The notes under the pieces: generated by a model
What the model saw: only the letters and a program-made list of their open reading frames with translations
The model's database searches: none
Told to the model about the DNA's origin: nothing
Translations under genes and position numbers: made by a program
IMG/VR virus record: IMGVR_UViG_3300047172_000080
Span: 1-64,000 of that record
Strand: one strand, 5' to 3'
DNA: 64,000 nucleotides
From: a virus
Shown: in pieces, positions 57,948 to 64,000 of the stretch
How the letters are laid out: each line of letters starts with the position of its first letter
Position numbering within the stretch: position 1 is the first letter of the stretch

Positions 57948-59323
57948 TTAAAGTTCCCCGGCCTAAAGGCACGGGGATTTAGCCGAGTCCTTCACCAACG
58001 CCAAATCGCCATGCAGAACGCACGATTCAGAGTTAATATCGACAGACCCGTTGCTTGTGCGGGCTTTAAGGCTCCGCGTCCCCGCAGCGTTGCACGCTAT
58101 GGAGACAGACCGCGCCCGAATGTTTTTCGAGGCTTGAAGGTCGGCATCGTCTTTGTGGCCGCACTTCTGACAGCAGAAGCGCAAGCCTTTCCGGTTCGAT
58201 GCCGAGACATGGCCGCAGGCGCTACACCCACGGCTTGTGTTGCGAGGGCTAACCGCCTCCAATTCTATGCCGACAGCCGCAGCCTTATAGGCGATCTTGA
58301 ATCGCATATCGGCATATGGCCAGCGATGGACTTTGGAACGGAGGTCTTTCCCCTTACTCAGCGAACTGTCTCGGATATTGCTGAGTTCTTCTACAACGAT
58401 GCGCCTTGCTCCAACCTCAACCGCGTAGCTGACCAGTGCCTTACTTGCCGTGTGGAGCAAGTGCGCGGTTACGGCAGCCTCATGCCCGGACATCCTTCGC
58501 AGGAGCCTCCGGGCACTTCTGGTGCCAACCGACTGGACAGCGGCGCGGGTGCGCCGGATGCAAGAACGACGGTGATTCAACACCCCGCCGTGGAAGAAAA
58601 ATGGTTTGGCGTTCACCGAGTTCGTGGCGACCAACATCCGTTTGATGCCGAAATCGCAGCCAACGATACAACCTTCGGTCTTCGGCTCGGCGATCTCAAC
58701 TTCGTGAGCCAAGCAGAGGAACCACTGTTTGCCAATTCGCTTGATTTTGGAATCTTTCCATGCGCCTTCTGGCAGTTGACGAGAATCGCTGACAGTCAGG
58801 AGTTCACCCCAAAGTGTGATGCCTTTATTGGTGCGGTTGAAGTCCCGCTTCCACACCGTCGGGATGACGGCACGGGAAAACTTCGCAAGCCTCCAACGCT
58901 TGTTCGCCTTGGCGGTCTTGTAGGTAGCGCAGACGGTTTTGCAGAGGGAGCAGGCAAGTTGGGAAGGCAGTCCCATTTCTCGGAGATTGGCATAGTGGGC
59001 TTTTGCCAGCCGATTCGAGTTCAATTCCTCAGTCTTGAAGGCAATCGCCGAAAGCCAGTTTGCGGCTTTCAGCCAAACAGTAAGCAGGCCGTCAGCTTTT
59101 GTGCTGCCGGAAATCTTGAGCTTGACTGTGTGGATTGCTTTCACTACATTGAAGACTACTACCAAGAAAAAACAATGTCAACCGAATTGCGAAGGAATAA
59201 TCACAGCGTTTCCAGATTGCTCGTGCATCTGGTTTTCGTCGTGAACGAGACGCTCAAACTCTACGTCCAGTCACAACAAACCAAAGCCGCCCTAAAGGGC
59301 GGGGTTTCAACCCACAAATTTTG
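57948..59323 (-). mobile_element. IS200/IS605-family element (tnpB plus internally deleted divergent tnpA)
   Basis: GC-rich; subterminal hairpins at both ends (CCGCCCTTTAGGGCGG; CCCCGTGCCTTTAGGCCGGGG); inserted 3' of TTCAT with no target duplication; right end TTTAA. Confidence 0.9.
57963..59165 (-). CDS. tnpB: RNA-guided endonuclease TnpB
   Basis: RuvC I VGCDFG, RuvC II IVVEEL, TSRGCSACG/CQKCG zinc finger, RuvC III DADLQASKNI. Confidence 0.93.
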   Translation of the reverse strand: MVVVFNVVKAIHTVKLKISGSTKADGLLTVWLKAANWLSAIAFKTEELNSNRLAKAHYANLREMGLPSQLACSLCKTVCATYKTAKANKRWRLAKFSRAVIPTVWKRDFNRTNKGITLWGELLTVSDSRQLPEGAWKDSKIKRIGKQWFLCLAHEVEIAEPKTEGCIVGCDFGIKRMLVATNSVNAKPFFFHGGVLNHRRSCIRRTRAAVQSVGTRSARRLLRRMSGHEAAVTAHLLHTASKALVSYAVEVGARRIVVEELSNIRDSSLSKGKDLRSKVHRWPYADMRFKIAYKAAAVGIELEAVSPRNTSRGCSACGHVSASNRKGLRFCCQKCGHKDDADLQASKNIRARSVSIACNAAGTRSLKARTSNGSVDINSESCVLHGDLALVKDSAKSPCL

Positions 59324-59324
59324 A
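59175..59324 (+). pseudogene. tnpA: internally deleted Y1 transposase
   Basis: N-terminal RRNNHSVSRLLVHLVFVV fused directly to C-terminal ETLKLYVQSQ; HUH core absent; 49 aa. Confidence 0.8.
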
Positions 59325-59470
59325 TGAACAAGTCGTTTTCTTCAATCATGTTTTTACAAATTAAACATGGATAAGGAGGGTAAGGTAACTCAGGCTGTAA
59401 GGGAAATCCTTGTAGTTTACGATTCGCTATTATTACCCCTAGTCTGTCGGAAGCCTTCATAATTTTGATT

Positions 59471-60973
59471 TTAAGCTCTCCATACCCATCTCTTTTTACC
59501 ACAATCCCAAATCTTGTACAATCCTCTTTGATTAGCCCATTGCTCTTCTGTTAAATTAATTGGGCAATTTACTCTATTTTTTCTTTGAGATTGTTTAGAA
59601 ACTCTAATATGGTTTTTTAAATCAGCGTAATCATAATCTATATCCATTTCTTTCTCTAAAGTAAAACCTAATGACTTATATACGTGTCCTTGACTCCATC
59701 TATTATCACTCCAACTCCAAATTTCATTACATTTATACTGTTCTCGAAGAAATTTAAATAATCTAGAAGCTCCCCCTACTACTGTATAGTTAGATTTAAA
59801 ACATAATCTATCTAGCCAGATTTTAGTGTCTGTAATGTCAAAAGGATGCCTACCAAAGCTCATTACTCCTATTAACTCATTATTATAAAATAGACCGGCA
59901 AAATACTTACCAAGAGAATTTGCTCCTTGGATATGATATAACTCAATAAATTTATTAGCTTCCTGAACTTCAATTTCTCGTACTTCGCATTTACGAGCAT
60001 AAAGTCTATTTTCATTCTTATTTAAAACAGATCTTAAAAAACCTTTTACTTGGTCTTTTCTTTCTAACCATTCATCTTCAAAAATAGTAATTAATCTTAC
60101 TCCTTTAGCTTCACATCCTAGTCTTTTATTGTTGCGACTAGTCTTATTTTTATTGAATAAATTAGAATGCCATCTCAATCCATTATATTCTATACCTAAG
60201 TTTATGGATTCCTCATAAAAATCTATTTCATATCCTGATAATATTTTAAAATCAGAATTAAAATTAAAACCAAAAGAATTAAGCCAATCCTGAATAATCG
60301 CTTCTTCTTTCCCATATCCACTAACCCATGCCGAACCATATGTAGCGAATCTAGTTGTTATTTTCTGCTCACGGATTATAGCTGAATCTTTAATAATACT
60401 ATTTCTTTTTAAAATACCTTGTATATTTTCTCTAGAATAACCTATTTCATTTTTATGCTTACTAGCTATTTGGTCAGCTGTTAAATTAAGAACCAAATAT
60501 TCGTATCTAATAACCTCTATATTTGTTTTAGATTCTTTATAAAGAATAAGCTCATTGGGCCTTTTTATACCTAAACTAGAAGCATGTTGTTTAACATTCG
60601 TGTATTTTGTATTATAAATTTGCGTTAACTCTTCTTTAGACTTAGTTAGATAGTTGTTTTCAAATTCCTTATCATCTCCAAATTCTGTTAACTTTCGTCT
60701 ATCTACATCATATTTATCTAAAATTCTATACAACGATGTTTGAGATATATTATATTTTAAGAGTACATCTCTATAAGATAGATTTTTAAAATCTTCTACA
60801 ATTACTAACTCATTTACTTTCAACGCTTTTTTATTTAAACCTAATTTTGAAGCCTTTAATTTAATGCTATGCCAAAGTCTTCCAGGTAATAAATTACAAA
60901 TATCTTCTTTAGTTAATTTACAATAGCTATTAACTAATATTTCTACTTCTTCGTTTGACCAAGTTTTACACAT
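59471..60973 (-). CDS. Hef-like/PD-(D/E)XK homing-endonuclease-type protein
   Basis: EIDFY...LGIEYNGLRWHS, LITIFEDEW, LYARKC, V.GGASRL, IWDCGK; N-terminal Myb/HTH-like repeats. Confidence 0.78.
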   Translation of the reverse strand: MCKTWSNEEVEILVNSYCKLTKEDICNLLPGRLWHSIKLKASKLGLNKKALKVNELVIVEDFKNLSYRDVLLKYNISQTSLYRILDKYDVDRRKLTEFGDDKEFENNYLTKSKEELTQIYNTKYTNVKQHASSLGIKRPNELILYKESKTNIEVIRYEYLVLNLTADQIASKHKNEIGYSRENIQGILKRNSIIKDSAIIREQKITTRFATYGSAWVSGYGKEEAIIQDWLNSFGFNFNSDFKILSGYEIDFYEESINLGIEYNGLRWHSNLFNKNKTSRNNKRLGCEAKGVRLITIFEDEWLERKDQVKGFLRSVLNKNENRLYARKCEVREIEVQEANKFIELYHIQGANSLGKYFAGLFYNNELIGVMSFGRHPFDITDTKIWLDRLCFKSNYTVVGGASRLFKFLREQYKCNEIWSWSDNRWSQGHVYKSLGFTLEKEMDIDYDYADLKNHIRVSKQSQRKNRVNCPINLTEEQWANQRGLYKIWDCGKKRWVWRA

Positions 60974-61049
60974 AAATCAATTATACAAAACACATTTTAA
61001 ATTTTTTAGCGGGCACATATTCATAAGTTAAACCACCTATCTATACTCT

Positions 61050-61086
61050 ATTATACCAGTTTAACAACTAACTTTTTAATAGGGGG
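61050..61086 (-). promoter_or_regulatory. phage promoter, copy 5
   Basis: CCCCC...TGGTATAATA with the same spacing as the other copies. Confidence 0.65.
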
Positions 61087-61096
61087 CTAAATAAAC

Positions 61097-61125
61097 AAAA
61101 AACCCTGAGAAATTAATCTCAGGGT
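61097..61125 (-). terminator. intrinsic terminator after the major capsid gene
   Basis: ACCCTGAGA/TCTCAGGGT stem followed by U-run. Confidence 0.8.
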
Positions 61126-61154
61126 CTTAAGTACTTTAATTAGCTAATTATTTA

Positions 61155-62117
61155 TTAACCATTAAAATCCCACAAGCATGCACCTTTAACATTACCAATT
61201 GATATACCCAACTCAAGGTATTGAAAGAAAGACAACCACCATGCCTTATTTTCCATGTACGCCGTTAACGGCTGTAGTCTGAAGTACTTCCCAAGGAACT
61301 CTTCAGAACTGAAGGCGTATATTTGACCATCTGGAACAAGTTGGTTCTTGATAGTATAGATTGCTTTGACACCGTTAAGAGTCTTGCAAGGAACACCATT
61401 TTCGAACATTTGCTGAGATAGATCACCACCTGCTTCATCACGACCAAATTTGATGAAGTCCTGAGCAGTAGAGGTATTCATGAGCATAATACCCTTTGAA
61501 GAACCACCATCAGGCTGCATAGGACCGAAGGGAACTTTAAGTCTAGTGATAGACTTGAAGGCTTCAGCTAGGTTATCACGAGTAAGACCAGGGAACTGGA
61601 TATACTGAGGTAAACCTAAGCCATTAAGTGGGTTAGGGGTATTGAGCGCGCCAATAACCGCGTTAATCTTATTCATGAATCGTGAATCTACTTCAGTACC
61701 TAAGTCTTTAGTAGAAATTTCAAGAAGGATCTGGCGAATATCATAATCGTAAGTACGAAGTTTGCTGATATCTTTCTTGAAGTTAGGAGTCATGGTACGA
61801 GCGAAGAAGACAGGATAACGAGTACCTTTGAATACGAAACCATCAGGAGTGTTACCGTAAGGGACAGTTACTGCAGGAGCAACGTCTGGTTCACGATCAC
61901 ACCACTTAACGATAACTTCAGGGTCTTGAGCCTTGTCGAGTTCGTCATTGGCAATATCGATAGGAGTGATTACTTTTTCAGCAAAGCTGTCTTCACGTAA
62001 GATATTACGTGTATAAGCCATAGCCGAAGCTTCTGCTTCTTTAACATTACCATTTAATACCTGATCAATGAACTGATCATTGAAGGGTTTAATTTGTTCT
62101 TTAGAGAGTTTTTCCAT
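61155..62117 (-). CDS. major capsid protein
   Basis: 320 aa; REDSFAEKVITP, DREP...AVTVP, EVDSRFM; codon usage of a highly expressed gene; strong terminator; preceded by a decoration-like gene. Confidence 0.75.
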   Translation of the reverse strand: MEKLSKEQIKPFNDQFIDQVLNGNVKEAEASAMAYTRNILREDSFAEKVITPIDIANDELDKAQDPEVIVKWCDREPDVAPAVTVPYGNTPDGFVFKGTRYPVFFARTMTPNFKKDISKLRTYDYDIRQILLEISTKDLGTEVDSRFMNKINAVIGALNTPNPLNGLGLPQYIQFPGLTRDNLAEAFKSITRLKVPFGPMQPDGGSSKGIMLMNTSTAQDFIKFGRDEAGGDLSQQMFENGVPCKTLNGVKAIYTIKNQLVPDGQIYAFSSEEFLGKYFRLQPLTAYMENKAWWLSFFQYLELGISIGNVKGACLWDFNG

Positions 62118-62139
62118 ATATTTATATAATGTTAATAGT

Positions 62140-62670
62140 TTAAGCAGATCCTAGTTTAACTTGTAGAACTTGAATTGGTCCTTGGATAGCAACCGAAGTG
62201 CCTCCACCTACGATACTTCCAGATGAGCTAGTAGCAGTTGTGGCAACGCCTGGGAAAGCACGTACACCATAAACTCTACCAACAACAAGGTCAGTAGAAC
62301 CAGCGGCAACGAGTACACCAGATGAATTAACTGTTACTTTACTACCAACTGGGAAGTTAGCAGCTGTAATAGCAGATTGTCCACCAGATACCTGATCAGT
62401 TTCAATAACTGTATTGCCGTCTAAGCCGATAGCAGCTATTTTACCTGATTCGAGAACGTCGCCATCAGTATCGTTGTTAAGTGAGAAACCGAGTAAATCC
62501 TGATTGGAAGAAGCTACTGGGGTTGTGGTAGAAGATCCCAAGAGGATGTTGCTTGTAGTGGGGTCAAGACGAACAGCACTTCCTGCGAAGATAGTACCAG
62601 AGGTAGCTACCCCCCCACGGAAATCTGTCTGAGCAAGCGTATAAGCTTGGCCTTTCAAAAATGAAATCAT
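62140..62670 (-). CDS. capsid decoration/cement protein
   Basis: G/S/T-rich beta protein; SGK...IETDQ...VGSKVTV...G.L...VVGRV; immediately upstream of the MCP. Confidence 0.6.
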   Translation of the reverse strand: MISFLKGQAYTLAQTDFRGGVATSGTIFAGSAVRLDPTTSNILLGSSTTTPVASSNQDLLGFSLNNDTDGDVLESGKIAAIGLDGNTVIETDQVSGGQSAITAANFPVGSKVTVNSSGVLVAAGSTDLVVGRVYGVRAFPGVATTATSSSGSIVGGGTSVAIQGPIQVLQVKLGSA

Positions 62671-62812
62671 ATATTTTTCCTTAGTTTAGTTTGAGTATTT
62701 TAAATTGTTTCTTTTGCTACTCAGAGAAAACCCGATCAAGGTGTTTACCATCTGCTTCGCTGATTAAGATAAGTATTAATTTATCTATATGTTTATTATT
62801 ATAAATATTTAA

Positions 62813-64000
62813 CTAAACGTCAACATTATTTATTAAATTATTTTCTACCCAAGTATATACAGCTTCAGCTGCTTCTTCATTATTTTTATCATTAACTAAG
62901 TATTCATGATTAGGAAGTAGGTTAACATTAAAGTTTTTCATTGTAGAAATAGTATGTAATTTATGAAAACCAAAACTACCTTTGTATGATTCAGATTCTA
63001 CAGCAAATGTAGAAGCAAGTTCATAAGGAGCTATTTTAATTCCTTTATTAATTAATTCTTGTTTTCTGCTTCTATTAAAATCTGAATCATTTTCTCGTAA
63101 TAATATTTGGTCACTTGGATGACAAGCTTCCAATGTGGGGTCAAATTTTAAATCCTTCACAGCTTTAAAAAAATTCTTACTATAAAAACAAAAACCAAGA
63201 TTGCCTACTTGATTATTAGGCAACCAATTCCAAGGAGAACCAATTACATCATATTTAAAAAATTCATCAGTCCAAGCGTAAGGATTAACAATATACCCAT
63301 CAGGATGAATTTGAAGTATATGTTCAGTAAAATGCTCCAAATAATTTGAAAATTGAGTTAACCCCCAAATACACATATCTTGCCAATGCTCAAATTTAGG
63401 AATTTTTACAAATGTAAAATTATTCATACCTAAAGATGAAGGTGGTAATTCATTACTAAAATAAACAACTTTATCTACATCTACCCGATTATAAGAATGT
63501 TTAAGTGCCTGCAAGGTATCAGTATGATTAATAGTAGCTACAGCATATAATGTAGTATTAGGCAATTTAGGTTTAACAGGGCTATCCTCTAGTAAAGCCA
63601 ATTTTGTATAAAATCTAGGTATAGCGTCTTTTTCGAAACCGAGTTCATAAGAGTTATGAAGATTTATTGTTTCTTGATGATCGTGATAGTTATATCCTTC
63701 TTCTAACTTAATCATCTTGTTATAAATTTTAGATATAACCTGAACTTCATAATTCTCTTTTTGAAGATAATAGTTAAGCATTGTTTGTTCAGCTAAACAG
63801 ATATCTTCTTTCCTATGGCTCCATACTTTCTCAAACAATTGAAAATGCTCTGGTGAATACATATATAAGCCAGCATTCAAATATTTACTAGAATCGATGT
63901 CATGCATCCAAGACACATTTTGGACAAAATCTGTATCTGTTCTATCTAAACATGCAGTGAAGGTTTGTTTTCCGTTATTAAATATTTCTAAAGGATTCCA
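62813..64000 (-). CDS. glycosyltransferase (GT8-like C-terminal part plus DUF5672-like domain), 5' partial
   Basis: YLNAG...EQTMLN (GT8-like); DGYIVNP.AW.DEF..YD.IGSPW, VGN.GF, FGFH; frame is open to the window end. Confidence 0.75.
   Translation of the reverse strand, partial: WNPLEIFNNGKQTFTACLDRTDTDFVQNVSWMHDIDSSKYLNAGLYMYSPEHFQLFEKVWSHRKEDICLAEQTMLNYYLQKENYEVQVISKIYNKMIKLEEGYNYHDHQETINLHNSYELGFEKDAIPRFYTKLALLEDSPVKPKLPNTTLYAVATINHTDTLQALKHSYNRVDVDKVVYFSNELPPSSLGMNNFTFVKIPKFEHWQDMCIWGLTQFSNYLEHFTEHILQIHPDGYIVNPYAWTDEFFKYDVIGSPWNWLPNNQVGNLGFCFYSKNFFKAVKDLKFDPTLEACHPSDQILLRENDSDFNRSRKQELINKGIKIAPYELASTFAVESESYKGSFGFHKLHTISTMKNFNVNLLPNHEYLVNDKNNEEAAEAVYTWVENNLINNVDV

Larger units (their letters stand above)
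57893..59460 (-). pseudogene. 63-aa CxxC...CxxC zinc-finger gene disrupted by the IS
   Basis: joining 59460-59324 to 57947-57893 gives MKASDRL...PCLICKNMIEENDLFIRPYSYIYCVSCSDYWLN* in frame. Confidence 0.75.

Noticed and set aside
57948-59323. IStron (group I intron-IS hybrid)
   Set aside because: No group I core at the left end, and the element ends in A rather than a terminal G; it simply disrupts its host gene
58011-59324. 437-aa plus-strand ORF
   Set aside because: Antisense shadow of the GC-rich tnpB; only the last 49 codons (tnpA remnant from ATG 59175) look real
1-64000. Stop-codon reassignment
   Set aside because: Long genes are intact in code 11, and TAA, TAG and TGA all end tightly packed genes; the one internal TAA at 20686 is isolated

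Overview
This AT-rich (~30% GC) window comes from a large contractile-tailed (myovirus-like, probably jumbo) phage genome, and almost all genes lie on the minus strand. Left part (1-20.5 kb): UvsW-like helicase, SbcC/SbcD (gp46/gp47-like) nuclease pair, and a 59-aa histone-fold candidate missed by the ORF track. It also has a Ycf46-type AAA ATPase module (DUF3150/DUF1257/DUF2997-like) whose ATPase is split at Walker A by a 320-nt ORF-less group I intron, plus a + strand terminase large subunit, MazG-like, 3D-domain and deaminase-like genes. Middle: a ~1.5 kb region (20.9-22.4 kb) with no convincing ORF, packed with stems and long-range pairings behind a phage-type promoter. This candidate giant structured ncRNA is the most novel item. 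Right part (22.4-64 kb): baseplate/tail module with a sigma factor, tape measure, tail chaperones with a -1 slippery site, spike, tube, sheath and neck genes. It also holds a GGQ release-factor-like gene, a BCS1-like AAA ATPase, a GC-rich IS605/TnpB element whose exact ends can be reconstructed, a Hef-like endonuclease, the major capsid and decoration proteins, and a partial glycosyltransferase. All product calls come from motif recognition and synteny; no database searches were run.
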